From the human T2T-CHM13v2.0 reference genome, Homo sapiens, in the NCBI RefSeq assembly GCF_009914755.1, contig NC_060935.1: a stretch of 64,000 nt of DNA, one strand, 5' to 3'. Below the pieces are notes generated by a model. The model saw nothing but the letters and a program-made list of their open reading frames with translations. It did not search any database and was not told the DNA's origin. Both the position numbers and the translations under genes were made by a program. Shown here piece after piece: positions 1 to 16,276 of the stretch; position 1 is the first letter of the stretch; the number at the start of each line of letters is the position of its first letter.

Positions 1-38
<38 letters not shown>
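1..38. repeat. Poly(T) homopolymer, cut by the window edge
   Basis: Uninterrupted T run from base 1. Confidence 0.95.
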
Positions 39-39
<1 letters not shown>

Positions 40-319
40 GGAGGAATAAGAAGTAAGAAAGGAGAAGTTAGGCAAATTAGAAAAAATGGCCAGCCATGTA
101 TGAAAAAAAATGTGTTGTTCGTGTTTAGCAAATTCTTGAGATAAGTTAATAAGGGGCCATGTTTCCCTTAGTGTTTTCTTAGGCTGGAGGCAAGCAGTGT
201 TCAGAGGCCCATAGGGAGGAGAAAGCCTGACTGAATTTGAGTCATGACAAAACAGAGGGTAAGAAGTGGGCAGTTGTGAGTGCTTGACCAGAAGAAGATT
301 TTTTAATATGATGAACTCC

Positions 320-1445
320 AATTTATTCATTTTTCTTTTGTCTATAGTGTATATTTTGTCCTCTCTCACAAAACTTTACTCCAATTTAATAGGATTTTCT
401 CATAAATTTTCTTCTAGTAACTATTGTCTTATTCATGTTTAATATTTAGCTCTATGATCCATATTATATTGATGACATGATTGTTAGGGATCAAGTTTTT
501 TTTTTTTCTGGGTGAACATTGTCAAAATGGACTGATCCATACTTGTGTGGATTAATTCTGGACTCCTCTGTTTCTTCTGTAACACAATATCTTGATTATT
601 ACAGCTCTAAAATAGGTCTTGACCTCAATTACTGTAAGTACTGCAAACATTTTTTTATTTGTAAGATTATTTTAGCTAATATAGGTTATTTGCTTCTCCA
701 AATAAATTTTCTAAGAAACTTCTAAGTTTCTACAAAATACCTGCTACTTGAATTGAGATTGCACTGAATCTATAGATAAACTTGAGGAAAATTGACGTTT
801 TAACTATACTAAATATTCCAGTCAATGGTCTATTGCACATTTCACAATTTATTTAAATCTTGTTTTGATCTTATTCATAGTGTTGAGAAACAAACATTCA
901 ATATTTCATGATAGTCTATGATATCAACTTTAGGTTTTTCATAAGTACAATTTGTCAGATTAGGGAAGTTTATTTTCATTCAGGTTTACTGAACATTTTA
1001 TATTACAAATGTCTGTTGCATTTTGCCAGAAACTTTGCCTGAAAAATTAAGATTATATGTGTTTTCTTCCTTTATCTCTTAAATGTGGTTTATAAAATGG
1101 ATTTCCTTTCATATATAAACCAACCTTGATCCTGCAGTAAAACTTATTTGATTACAATGTATTATTCTTTTTTAAATATTGCTAGATTTAATTTGCTGAT
1201 ATTCTATGTTCATGAGAGATATTTGCTTGTAAATTTTTTAATTGCAAAATCTTTGTTTATTTTTGCACCAAGATAAGTGACCCAATAAAACAAGTTGGGA
1301 TTTGTTCTCCCTCTCAATTTGTATTATGTTCCCATTACATGTCTGATGGAATTAACCATTTTTTACCATCTGTGCCTGGAGTTACCTTTGTGAGAACTTG
1401 TTAAACTAAAACTTCATTTTCTCTAATGTCTCTATTTCTACTGAA
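320..1445 (-). mobile_element. Old L1M LINE-1 ORF2 fragment
   Basis: Antisense L1 ORF2-like text, e.g. ttgtcaaaatggactgatccatacttgtgtgg, gagattgcactgaatctatagataaacttgaggaaaattgac, tatgttcatgagagatatt. Confidence 0.8.
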
Positions 1446-1494
1446 TATCTTTTGATGGTAGATCACATTTTCTCACTTTATTGTATGTATTATG

Positions 1495-1553
1495 TATACA
1501 TATATACACACACATATATACACACACAGTTATGTGTGTGTGTGTGTGTGTAT
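1495..1553. repeat. Compound (TA)/(CA)/(TG) microsatellite
   Basis: tatacatatatacacacacatatatacacacacagttatgtgtgtg... Confidence 0.85.
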
Positions 1554-1699
1554 GTAAATGAATGCCAGATATAGAATACAAGTATAATACAAATAGATAT
1601 TCTGCTGCTTCTCTCACTGCTCATGGTCAATGTATTGTATAAATTCAGTGTTCTGACTATAGGCAGGTTTCTATTGATTTTCCCTGCTCTCTCTCAAAC

Positions 1700-2118
1700 T
1701 TCGGAATTGCCAGTCATTAGCAACAGAAGAGGTTTCTCATGTCCAATGACCTGGCCTAATGTTTCTCATAGTAGGTAGGTGCAGATTTCTATGGTGTTTG
1801 GGCCTCCAAGGAATTCTAAGTTATCACACCAGCTATACTTGGACTTTAAGTTAATTTCTTAAAATTTTATTTATTTTTAAAATTCACTTCCATGGCTACC
1901 ATATGCTCCTACTGTTCTTTCAAAGAGGAAATAGTTCATGTCTACTACTCTACTGGAAGAGGTTAAAACCCTTTGGATGTATATAATTAGATTACCTTGC
2001 CATCTAAGGTCTCTGATGGACTCTAAAAAATATGATTTTGTATGCCATTTGGGCTGCTGTTTCTTGTTAGAATGGGAGCAATGTTTTTCTGGGACACTTA
2101 ATATTCTAACCTAAAACC
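1700..2118 (-). mobile_element. Old L1M 5' end fragment
   Basis: Reverse complement (cattgctcccattctaacaagaaacagc...gtccatcagaga) resembles old L1M 5' UTR starts. Confidence 0.5.
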
Positions 2119-3469
2119 TCTTGAGGATCATAACATTTTATATAGTTCAAATCTATTTTATAGTGGACAACATGAAGCCAATAGAGTATATGACCTGTTT
2201 CTGGTGGAATAGCATGTTCTGTAACAGCATGCTTCACAACCCAGGTCTCCAAATTTCAACTGAGGGTTCTTATTCTTAACTAGGATTCACATAATGAGGT
2301 GGTTTATTCTGTTCTTTTCCACAACATATTTGCCTTAATTTGAAAAACCCATTTTACTTCCTGGACATTCATAGCTACACAGAAATTACAGTACAAAAAC
2401 CTAGGTTTTAACTTTTCACTTCGACCATGCCACCTTGTGTCCTTATGGGAAAAAGTTTGAACTAACAAGTAACCAAGAAGTTGTTCTTTAAAGTCATGTT
2501 TTCCTCATAAATCTACAAAGTATTTGCATTCTTCAAAGAAGGTTGCTTTAAATCCAAAACATCTGGTAATAAATTGCTTATACAATCATGTTTTCTCAAG
2601 TGATACTGTGGATCTTTTTTGTGCTAAATATAATTAAGCCAGTCCAAAAGCTGATAGTGCTACTTAAATACTGTAGAAAAGGTTATTTCAGTTTGCCTTT
2701 TAACAAATACTGCCTTAGAATGTGAAAATAGAATGTATAATATGTAAATAAATTATTAGTGTCCAAAAAAGACTTAAATTTCATTTGAAACAAAGATCTA
2801 TATACATAGGTAATATTTTGTGTGTAAGATAGAATAACATGTGTATTTACTATACATTTAAATAGCTTTAATTTTTGCTTTAATTCTCTAAATCTTCTCT
2901 AATCTTCCTCATGGGCTTGCCACCCACTGGATAGCAGAGACAACTTAGACTTGCCAAATTAAAATATTTGGTTCCAATGTAATCACTCTCCCCATTAGTT
3001 TAATATTTTGTCACTTCAAATTTCATCTGCCTATTAGTTTTGGCTTAACTCTTTTATATGACTCAGTTTTTAAATTAAATTATACGTCTTTCAGATTTTC
3101 CTTATCCTTTTTTTCTCTTCTTTAAGTTAGCTTCAGTATAGAAGAGGGAGAATTGCTGTGTTCCTGTGACCCTGGGGAAAAAGGAATTCCTAGATTCACC
3201 TTCAGGACAAAGATTGACCCGGTAGAAAATAAAACTGAGGAAAGAAGAAGATACGCACAACAGAGGGGAAGACATTGGCTGAGCCTCACAAACATTGCAG
3301 ATATCCCTATGTGACTCAGAATCAACACAAGATCCTGCCTTTAAACACTGATGCCGAAAATCAAGAACATCCTTTAAACTGAAACCATCAGAACAAACAT
3401 GTTTAAACAACACAAATGTTATTATTAATGTAAAGCATTTCTAAAATGCTTTTTTAAATGTGAAAAAGC

Positions 3470-3980
3470 AACGAAAGTTTTAGTTCTGACACCACCAGAC
3501 AAATAGCTAGGAAACAGACACTTCTGTCTTCACAACAGTAAAAATAAAACAAACTGAAAATCAGTAAGTTTTGCGGGCCTATCAGAAAACTAAGATTGCA
3601 GGAAGAGCTGTCACACCCAAATATGAAGAAATAGAAGACTTCAGAGAGACAAAACCAAGTTCTGCTTATCAGAAGTAGAAGACACTGGAGACATATAAAC
3701 TCATAAGAACACTTAGAACACTTACATGGCAATGTTAACAAATTGCTGTAATCTGAGTATGGACTATCTTGAGAGTGATAATCCCTTAAGAGCTTCAGTA
3801 TTAGAGGGGCCTGCCACATTCACGGCCTTTATCTACAGTTATCTCACCAGATACTCACAGTGAAGATGCCCTTGTAGCTCTGGCTGGGGCGGAGGAAGAG
3901 CAATCCTTGTGAATTACCTCCAGAGTATGCTCTGTAAAACAGGTTTATTTTTCCAGGAGAAAAGACACTAACAGCGTCTT
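3470..3980 (+). mobile_element. L1MD-type 5' UTR
   Basis: cttcacaacagtaaaaataaaacaaactgaaaatcag...tctgcttatcagaagtagaagacactggag...; homologous in opposite orientation to about 22345-22550. Confidence 0.75.
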
Positions 3981-3989
3981 CTAATGTCC

Positions 3990-5465
<1,476 letters not shown>

Positions 5466-5689
5466 ACTGGTTTCAATTGAGTTATATTCATTCCACTTTA
5501 TATGATCTCTTAATATATCAATTATACTAAGTACCTTTAGAAATGAGTAGACACTATAAGAGTAAAGGCAAAAAGTATTATCAATAATCAATATACTCTA
5601 GTTGAAAAAGTTATTTTCCATACACATATGTATTAACAGCTCTGATATCACTAGACATGTGTAAACAATTAAATTGACAGAAAGTAGCA

Positions 5690-6034
<345 letters not shown>

Positions 6035-7008
6035 TTATAGTAAACAAGGAGAGGAGGTCAGAACAAACCATGTGGTTACAGAGTAGAACTGGATATTTCA
6101 GTATGAGCACTTAGCTCAATATTGATGCAAATAGTTACATACAGAAATATTTACAGATAAATGAAGATACATGGGTTAACATATGCACATATATTCACTG
6201 TCTGCTCTTGGTCTGTCAGCTAAGAGGGACTAGAAACAATGACACCCAGTAGCAATGAGCACATGGAGTGTTCAGGTTTTGGTTTCTACTATAAATCTGC
6301 ATTATGGGGATCCTTAGAGGAATACTGATTCTAGGACTATAGCAGTAAATATGCAAGACGGACATGGAGCATTTTTTTTTTTTTTGGCAAAAAGTTTGAA
6401 AGTTCAAACACACATAAACACACACACAATAACGGAGAAGTCAAATAAACCTAAAGTATAGAATAAGTATTAATGTATTCATATTCACAGAAATAAATGA
6501 TTAAGTAAATAAATGGAGGAGTCCAGTCTTCTATGAAGAATTCCAAATAACTTAGGAAGACATTCTATCTTCCAGGAGGTGAAGCATCACTCCCAACTCT
6601 TTGAGTGTGGACTACATATAGTGACTTTCTTTTAAAGTAGGAAAACTAGGAAAAAAATTAACTTTAGAGTGAAAAAAATTGACAAACACCACCTCTACCA
6701 GGTATTAAGGTCAACATCAACAGTAATAACACATGTTGATAGTATGTACCATCGATATGACATGATGAAAATGGAACTATACCTCTGTGATCTTTTTCCT
6801 AAAACCCAAAACTCCACTCCAATCATGAGACATACAGCAGAAAAATCTCAACTGAAGATTCAAATGATGATGAACTTCTGGTTCATCAAGTCACATTTCA
6901 TTTTTATCTATCAAGTACTTTTTTCTCCAATAGTTTTTTCTTACATAACAGTAGCAGAGATGCTCAACCAGTGATTATATTTAACCTCTTCAAAATGACC
7001 TTCTCTGA

Positions 7009-7296
<288 letters not shown>

Positions 7297-7435
7297 GCAT
7301 GCAATACTTTTAAATTATCCTGTAGATGTCCAGAGCCTGAAAAATTGCCTTAGAAAACTGCAAACCTTTTGGAATACTCTAGCAGATTCAGGGAGAGAAG
7401 TCTCTCATCAGCTCCTAATATAGGACAATGGCCAT

Positions 7436-7817
7436 TGATGGGGTTCAGGACATCCCCAAAATATGGTTCCTTAGCATTTGAGACAATAGCAGAAGCAGGA
7501 AGGTCAGTCTCACCTCCCTCTTGCTCTTTTCTCTTGAAACAGGCCATGGAACTAAGCTGACCTTCCCTTAAAGTAGATCATAAGACCCTCATTCTATACC
7601 TGGAAGAAAGGAATGTCCTTAACTCTGAAAACACAGGAAACAGAGAAAAATCTGAACAAATAGGCCACGCTAAGTTCCCCCACCCCAGTTTTTCTCCATC
7701 AGATCATATCCCCTTTGTCCAATCATACTTCTGCATAAGTCTCCACTCTCCTTAAAACCTAAGCATAAAAATATGTTGTCATATAAAACATATTAAATAA
7801 ATTTGCATGCTGTATTT
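7436..7817 (+). mobile_element. MER93-like ERV1 LTR, 3'-truncated just after its poly(A) signal
   Basis: Starts tgatggggttcaggacatccccaaaatatgg; contains tcataagaccctcattc and tctgaacaaataggcc; U5 absent. Confidence 0.75.
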
Positions 7818-8164
7818 AAAAAGAAAAATCTCAATATTTGGCAGAATCTCACATTCTGCCAAATTTCTGAGAATTCCTCCTCAAAATTATGACAGTCTTC
7901 AAAAAAGGAAAGTCTATGAAATTGTCAACAGCCAAAGGAGCCCTAAGAAGACATGACAACTAAGTAAAATATGGTGTCCTGAATGGGATCCTAACACAGA
8001 AAAAGGACTAGGGTAAGATGTTAATAATTTGTGAAACTAGGTATGGCATTTATTCCCTCTACTATCTTTGAAATTTTTCTATAAAACTAAAACACTTCCA
8101 GAAATAAAAGTTCAATTAAATATAGGTTGTGAAACATGTATTAGCGTAGAAAGACAATAATGTC

Positions 8165-8320
8165 ATGTAGTGGCAAGTTCACAGGAGGAGAAGTCAGGAG
8201 ACTTGTGGAATCATCTCTATGATGCAGCAATTTCTCTGTGAAACCTTGAATATATCACTTATCTTCTCCGGGCTTTTCATTTTTTACATGTAAAAATACA
8301 AGTTTTGTAGTAAAAAGCCT
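8165..8320 (+). mobile_element. MIR/MIR3 fragment
   Basis: gaagtcaggagacttg...tgtgaaaccttgaatatatcacttatcttctccgggc...catgtaaaaat. Confidence 0.55.
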
Positions 8321-8789
8321 TTTCTTTTTTGGAATTTGTTTCTAATCTAACAATTCAGTTCAATAAATCCTTATTCAACTTGCTTTGATATTTTCAAGAG
8401 GATTTGTGCCAGAAGGAAAATTCCATTACCTTTGTTTCATAAATGGAGTCATTCTTCCTTCTGTGCCCAATGTATGAATAATACACAATGACAGGGCAAT
8501 TTCACCCCAATTTCACTGTTTCTGAAGGTATTTATAGGAATCTAAAATATAAAGCTTGTTACCAACTGGAGATATTTCAAAATAATTTATATTTCTTTAC
8601 TACTGTTAATACCTTTTTTGTTGGTGTTATTCTAGGGTTGCAGTGATGAGACACCTTGTCAGTTCGTGGAGCCTTAAATTAGATTGAAAAGCAGCAATAC
8701 AAATATAGTTTTATTATATTTCCAAATTAAGTGACGTTTAACATACAAGTTTATATACGCATGTCCCATTTTTATGTTTACAACAAAGT

Positions 8790-8920
8790 AAGCATTGTTT
8801 TATAAAGAAGGAAATGAAAGAACAGAGTGGTTTTATAACCTGCTAAGACTCAACACACAGCAAGTAAGATGTAGAGTTGAAATCAGGCCTCAGGCTTCTT
8901 ACACAAAGCAGAGAGTTCAT
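8790..8920 (-). mobile_element. MIR fragment
   Basis: ttttataaagaaggaaatgaaag...acacagcaagtaagatgtagagttgaaat. Confidence 0.5.
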
Positions 8921-9027
8921 TCTAATTGGACCACAAAATCCCACTAAGCACAGCACCTAGCACATGGTTGAATAATAAATATGCTTCATTTGTACATTTG
9001 TAGCATACATACTTGATTTCAGTTCTC

Positions 9028-9031
<4 letters not shown>

Positions 9032-9074
<43 letters not shown>
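9032..9074. repeat. (CA)n microsatellite
   Basis: About 21 perfect CA units. Confidence 0.95.
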
Positions 9075-9078
<4 letters not shown>

Positions 9079-9454
9079 CAGATAATTGACAGAATCATTG
9101 CGTTTTATTTAGATCACCAGAGGTGCCAAGACAGCCAGGTGAATTGAATTCCAAAATGTGACAAGCTTTTTTGAAGAAACCAGAAAGGCAAATTGATTTT
9201 GCCTTTTGTGGAACATGAGAAAAGAATGTAACGGCTATAAAAGGATCAAAAAGAAAAGAAAACTGGAATTTTCACAAATTCTAGCAATTGTTTGCTAATT
9301 TAGAATTCCTAGAGCCTGAGACACATCTCTTTTTCCTGGATTTCAATAAAATTCTCACTAGAAAGATTGGTGGTGGAGCCAGGGACCTCAGAAATCTCCT
9401 TTCAGGGTGCACAGGTACAAACACTGACAATTTATGTGGTCCTTCTCTCATACG

Positions 9455-10325
9455 GCAGAAGTTTCCTCAACCTGATAAAGAACATTTCGAAAAATCCTAT
9501 ATCTTCTATCATACTGAATGAAGAAAGACTGAATGCTCCTTCCATGATTAGAGATGAGGCAAGGATATCCAACTCAAGCTTTCTGTTCAACACCAAACTG
9601 AGCCCCAGAAATGAAAAGAAATACAATACACGCAGATTGAAAAGAAAGGAGTAAAACTGTCTTCATTTGCAGATGGTACAACCATCTACACAAAACCCAC
9701 AAAACATTTTCAAAGATGTAGTAGAACAAATGGGCACTTTTACCAAGGATGTGGAATACCATTTTGTTCCTTTATACTAATATTCAATAGTTAGAAGTGG
9801 AAATTAAGGAAAAAAAAATTACCTTTTACCTGGGCGCAAGTAAAGGCTTTCTAAGATTCAAAATTTAGATTCACTAAAATAATATATTGATACATTTGAC
9901 ATAATAGCAACTTAAAAAATAAAACTTTTGCTGGAAAAACAAGGTTGTAAAACATAAGATAACTGACAGGGAGAAAATATTCTAACATATATTACATATA
10001 TTTAATAACACATAAATTGAGGGAAATGATAGAAATAAAAGAAAAATGGGCAAACTTACATGAACAGACATCAGGACAGAGGTATAATATGGATTTTAAT
10101 ACTTCACAGTTCAATCTTCTTGGTCATTGTTCAAATGTAAATAAAATTACACTAAACTACCATTTCTCAATTATTAGACTGACAAAACTTTAAAGTATTA
10201 CACTAATATCTGTTTTTGATGCTGTGGTGAAGGGAACATCCTCACACATTGCTAATAAAAATGCAAATTCCACCATGGTTATATAGGAACATTGATAATC
10301 TTACATAATGTGTCTACTTTGTAAA
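9455..10325 (+). mobile_element. L1MC-type ORF2 fragment (RT region), left part of an element that resumes at about 22551
   Basis: gtaaaactgtcttcatttgcagatgg (decayed LFADD motif); sequence continues in register at ccagcaatctcacttctgcaatttaccc near 22572. Confidence 0.75.
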
Positions 10326-11316
10326 AGAATATTTTTTATTTTACAATAGTTTTAGAATGATGGAAAAATTGTGAGGATAGTACTGTCTTCATATACTCAA
10401 ATGCAGTTTTCAAATTTTTAACATCTCACATTAATATGGTACATTTGTCACAAATAATGAACCAATGTTGATATATCGTGAAGTAAAGTCAAGGCTTCAC
10501 TAAAATTTCCATAATTTTAAACTGATTTTTTTTTCCTGTTCCAAGATTCCATTTAGGATATCACATTACATTTAGTTAGCATGTCTTTTTAGGATGTGCT
10601 TGGCTCTGACAATTTCACATACTTTCCTTGTTTTTGATGATCTTGGAAATGTTTAGGATATTAAGTAATTTGCAGAATGTCCCTCAGTTGAGATTTTTCT
10701 GCTGTATGTCTCATTATTAGAATGATGTTATGCGTTTTGAGATCACAGGGACAAAGTGTCATTCTTATCACATAACGTCAAGGATATATACTAACAAAAT
10801 GATTTATGATATTTGATATTAATCTGGATCACCTGCCTGAAGTAGTATTATTCAGATTTCCCTGCTGTGAAGTTACTCTTTTCTCCTCTCCTTAGTGCAC
10901 ACTTTGGAAGGAACCACTATGTGCAACACACACATATTGAGTAGTGAGTTAATGCTCCAACTCCAGAAGAGCAGAGTATCTTTCTAAACTATTAGAATAT
11001 TTTTCAGTCATTTATTTATGTCAGCATAGACTTAATGCAAATCTATTTTTTTGGGGGGGTAATAATCCAACGCTACTTTCTTTCTTTGCTTAAGAATTTC
11101 CACCTATGGCCTTTGGGAACTCTCTCAGTTGGCTTCTGCTTTCCTTTGAATACCCCACCATTGTTTCTGTTTTCTTCTTAGTACTTCTTTATGTTGGCAT
11201 CACAATATGTTCCATAATTATTTTGTATATTCCCTATCTCAGTCCTAGAATTAGCCATTCCTCCAACGGGCACTGGTTCCTTTTATTGGAGAATAGTATT
11301 AGAAAACGAAGATCTG

Positions 11317-11670
11317 GGTCAGGTCTGGTGGCTCACGCCTGTAATCCCAGCTCTTTGGGAGGCTGAGGAGGACGGATTGCCTGAGGTCAGGGGTTCGAGA
11401 CCATCCTGGCTAAGATGGTGAAATCCTGCCTCTACTAAAAATACAAAAATTAGCCGGGCATGCTGGCGTGCGCCTGTAGTCTCAACTACTCAGGAGGCTG
11501 AGGCAGGAGAATCGCTTGGGCCCAGGAGGTGGAGGTTGGAGTGAGCTGAGATCACATCACTGCACTCCAGCCTAGATGACAGAGCAAGGAAAGAAAAAAA
11601 AGAAAAGGAAAAGAAAAGAAAAGGAAAGGAAAGAAAAGAAAAGAAAAAGAAAAAGAAAAGAAAAAAAGAA
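11317..11670 (+). mobile_element. AluS with (GAAAA)n tail
   Basis: Alu dimer; TSD agaaaacgaagatctg at 11301-11316 and agaaaccaagatctg at 11667-11681. Confidence 0.93.
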
Positions 11671-14033
11671 ACCAAGATCTGGGCACTGTGTGTGCTCATT
11701 CATTCTAGGGTGTCATTGTTTCTAGGTGTCCTCAGCTGACAGAACAAGGCAATGTATGTGTGTATACTCAATCCACTTATATTCACATATCTATATTTTA
11801 TGTAATTATCTGTATTGGTGCTGACTTAAACATAAGTTCATACTGATGCCTCCAATTCTAATTCATTATTACATGGCTTATTCTAGCCTCCTCCCATGCT
11901 TAGTTGTAATACTCTCACTCCAAAAATGCAAAATCTGGCTCTTAATATCCACAGTTATCTTATTTAACTGTTGAGTTTCTGTATACATGTATAGTGGTTA
12001 CAGATTGTTAACATAGACCCCAATGAGGAACAATCTTATCAACTAGACTACAGTACTGATATGTAGTTTCCTTTGTCTTTAGTTTTACAGACACCACTAA
12101 CTTCCAAAATTACTTCTCAGCATCTTTCCCCACCTCCATCCAGTTCAGTTAAGTTTTTTTATGGATTTGTTATTCATTTAATTTTTTTTGTCTCATTTTA
12201 TATCCCATCATGTGATTCTTTAATAGCCTACTTTTTAAAAATTGGCATTCATTTCACTCCACACTTTGTTTAGGAAAGTTCTATGAGTTTTTTAAATGTG
12301 CAATGTTTTGTATCCACCATTACAGTATCAACATTCACCACCCTAAAAAAAAAAAAAAAAATCCACTGTGCTTCCCCTATTCAGCACTTCCTCCTCACAA
12401 TGTCATAGCAACAACTGATATGTTTACTGCCTCTGTGTTTTTGCCTGTTGCAGAATGTCATGTAAATGGAACAATACAGTATGTAGCCCTTTCAGACATG
12501 CTTTTTCCAACTTAGCTACCTGAATTTACAGTTCGTCTATTTAAGTGTGTCTTGATAGCTCATTTCTTTATTCACTGAAGATCATGATATTGAATAGACC
12601 TACCAGATATTGTTTATTCATTCAATTATGGATAAAGATGGTGTACACTTTGGATTGCACATTTTTGTGCAAACATGTTTTCACACTTGGGCAAATACTC
12701 AGGAGGGTGATTGCTGAATCATTTGGTAAGACTGTCTAGCTTTGCAGGAAGCTAACAAACTATTTCTCAAAGTGGGAGTTCTCACCAGCAATCAATGAGA
12801 GATCTTCCTATCTCACATTCTTGCTAGCAGTTGGCATACTCAGATTTTTAAAAAATTTTAACCACTCTAATAAGTGTATGATGGCATCTCATTATTGTTT
12901 TAATTTTCATTTCCATATTGGCAAATTCCAGTTTTTCATATTTTCAAATGCTTATTTAACATTTGTTTATCTTTTTTGGTTAGGTGCCTATTCAAATCTT
13001 CTGCTAATTTTTTAAATTAGATTATTTTCTTAGTTTAATGTTGTGTACCTTTTGTATTTTGGTTGCAAATACTTTATCAGATATGTGTTTTATAAACATT
13101 TTCTCCCTTTTGAACCTTGTTTTTTCCTTCTCTTAATAGTGTTTTTTACGTGGTAGAAGTTTTTAATCATAATAAATCCTTTGTTAATTATTTATTTCAT
13201 GAATAGTGCTATTGAAATTGTGTCACTAACACAATATCATATGATTGTTCTCATGTTTTATTTAAGGCATTTTATAGTTTGACATTTTACATTTAGGTGT
13301 ATGTTCCACTTTCGGTTAGTTTTATTAAAAGCATAAGTTCTGTAGTTTGGTTCATTTTTTTCTTTATGGAACATTAATTGTTCCAGAATCCTTTGTTAAA
13401 AAATCATTTTTCCCATTACACTATCTTTATTCTTTTTCATAGATCAGTTGACTATATTTCTGTGGTTCTATGTCTGAGCTCTCTATTCTGTTTCATTGGC
13501 CTATGCATTTATTCTTTCACCAATACTCTGTAGTCTTGATTTCTATAGCCTTTTAGTAAGTCTAGATATTGGATAGTATGAGCTCTCCAGCTTTGTTTTT
13601 ATTCTTCAGTATTGTATTTTCTATTCTAGGTCTTTTGTTTTCCACATAAATTTTAAAATCAATTTGTTAATATCTATAATGTAGCTGAATTTTTACTGTA
13701 ATTGTGTTGAATCTATAGATCAACTTTGGAAGAATTAACATCTTAAATACATTGATTCTTAGAATCCATGAACGTGTAACATGTCTTAGTTATGTAGACC
13801 TTTGGATTTTTCATCAGTGTTTTGGGTTTCTCTCACATAAAGATCCTGTACTTATTTGTTTGATTTATATATCAATATTTAATTCCATTTTTGATCCTAG
13901 AGTAAATGGTATTTTGTAAAGCCCAACTGTAAATTTCTGGCATATGGGAAAGCAATCAACTTTTGCATATTGACCATGTATCATTTGACTTTGCTGTATG
14001 TAGTTGTTTATTAGTCCCAGAAGACATTTCTTG

Positions 14034-14157
14034 TCAACTCTGGTATTTTACACATAACCAATATGTCATTTGGACATAAAAACACTTTAAGTTCTCAACT
14101 CCTTGGTATTTTATATATAACCAATATGTCATTTGGACATAAAAACACTTAAAGTTC
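14034..14157. repeat. Tandem duplication of about 62 bp inside L1
   Basis: tcaactc...tggtattttacacataaccaatatgtcatttggacataaaaacactt..agttc occurs twice. Confidence 0.9.
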
Positions 14158-16276
14158 CTCCTTCCCAATATTGTGACCTTTCTTTCTTTGTCTGTGTGTG
14201 TTTCTACTACCTAGGAGTTTGAACACATTATTGTGTTGAAATAGTTAAAGAAAACATGATTGTCTTTTCATCAATTATAGTGGGAAAGTTCTTCATCTCT
14301 CAATACTAAGTATGATGGTAGACATACATTTTTAATACACTATTTACCCTTTATTTGGTTCCCTCCTAGACCTAGTTTTTTGAGAGTTTTTTTTTCTTTT
14401 TCATAAGTCGGTCTTTCAGTTTTTAAAATGCTACTTCTACATCTGTTGATATGTGGTTTTTCACATTCGATCTCTTAATAGGATGTATTACACTGATTGA
14501 CTTAAGAATATTGAACTAGTCTTTCATTCCTAAAATCAACAGCATTTCATCATTACACATTATCCTTCTTACACATTATTTTATTTTCTAGTATTTTGTA
14601 AGGAGTATTTTCTCTCTTTTCACAAGGAATATTGGTCTGTATCTTATAATGTCTTTATCTGGTTTTGGTATTAGGGTAATGAATGAGTTAGGGATTAACC
14701 ACTCACCTTTTATTTTCTTGAAGAGATTGTGATGGTGAAGCTATCTGTGACTGTAGTTTTTTTTTTTTTTTTGCCAGATGATTAGTTTTTCTTTCAATTT
14801 TAAAAATAGATATAGGACTATTCAGGTTATCTATATTTCTCTGTGTAAATTCCAGTGCTTTATGTCTTTAAAGAATTTGGTATTTTTTATTCTAAGTTAC
14901 AAAACTTGTTGCTTTAAAGTTGTTAATATTATTTATTTTTCTGTTACTGTTCATGAAATCATATAAATGCCTTCTCCTTCATTTGTGTTATTGATATTTT
15001 GAGTCTTCTCTCTTTATTTCTTAATTAATCTAACTAGAGTATTATTAATTTTATTAATTTGTTCAAGAACCACTTTTGCTTTTGATGGTTTTGTCCATTA
15101 TTTCCTATTTTCAACTTCATTAATTTCTGCCATAAATTGTATTATTTTTCTTTTGTTTGCTTTAGGCTTATATACATTTTCTTTTTCTAGTTTCCTAAGG
15201 TATAAAATAAGGCTATTGATTTTAGAATTTTTTTCCCAATTTATGCATTTAATTCTACATATTTCCTTCTAATTACTACTTTTACTACATTTTTACATTA
15301 TGATGAGTTGTATTTTAATTGTTAGTTACAAGTGTGTTGTTTAATTTCAAACTAATTGAAGATTTTTATACTATGTTTATATTACCGATTTTACTTTAAT
15401 TCCACTTTTTCTCTGAGAACATATTTGTATCACTTTTATTTTTTAAAGTGTCTTAAGGTGTGTTTCTTGATGCAGAATGTGTTTTATCTAGGTGAAAGTT
15501 CCTGGCAAGCTAGAGAAAACTGTGTATTCTGCTTTTATTGAATGAACTATTCTGTACATATCAATTAAATCAAATGGATAAGTAATGTTCAGACAAACTG
15601 TGTCCTTAGTGGTTTTTTGCCTACTTCATCTATTAATAACTAAAAGATGTCTTGAATTATCTGACTGTAATAGTGAAATAGTCTACTTTCCTTTAAGCTC
15701 TATCAATTTTTGCTTAATGTATGTTGACATTCTGTTAGTTCCATAATCATGTAGGACTATTATGTCTTCTTGAAGAATAGACTACATTGTTATTATGTGC
15801 TGTCTTTTATCCCTGATTTTTCTTGTTTCAAATTCTGCTTTGTCTGAAATTCATACAGCTACTCCAGCTTTCTTTTGATATTTGTTAGCATAGTGTATCT
15901 CTACTCCTTTACTTTTTACTTATCTGATACTTTACATATAAGTTGGATTTCTTATATATAGACAATGTATAGTAGTATTATTCCTTGCTCCCCACCCCAT
16001 TCTGACAATATCTGTCTTGTAATGACATGAGTAGACAATTTATATTTAATTAATATTGATATAGTGTGATTAATATCTACCATGTACACAATTTTTTTTC
16101 TATTCATAAAATTTTTTCACTCCTTTAGCCTCCTTTTTTCTGTCTTCTCTGGTGTTATTGAGCTTTTCTCATGATTCCATTTTGTCTCCTTTCTCAGCAT
16201 TTTAATTATACTGCTTTTCAGATTTTTGTGTTAGTACTTGCCCTACAGTTTATATTTTAATGAATCTAAGTCTACT

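Noticed and set aside
1-45. Poly(T) followed by AG as a strong splice acceptor or a retrocopy tail
   Set aside because: Cut by the window edge; no TSD, branch point or recognisable retroelement body can be assessed.
3055-3320. AP-1 motifs (TGACTCA) in unique DNA
   Set aside because: Isolated 7-mers are expected by chance in 64 kb; no other enhancer evidence is visible.
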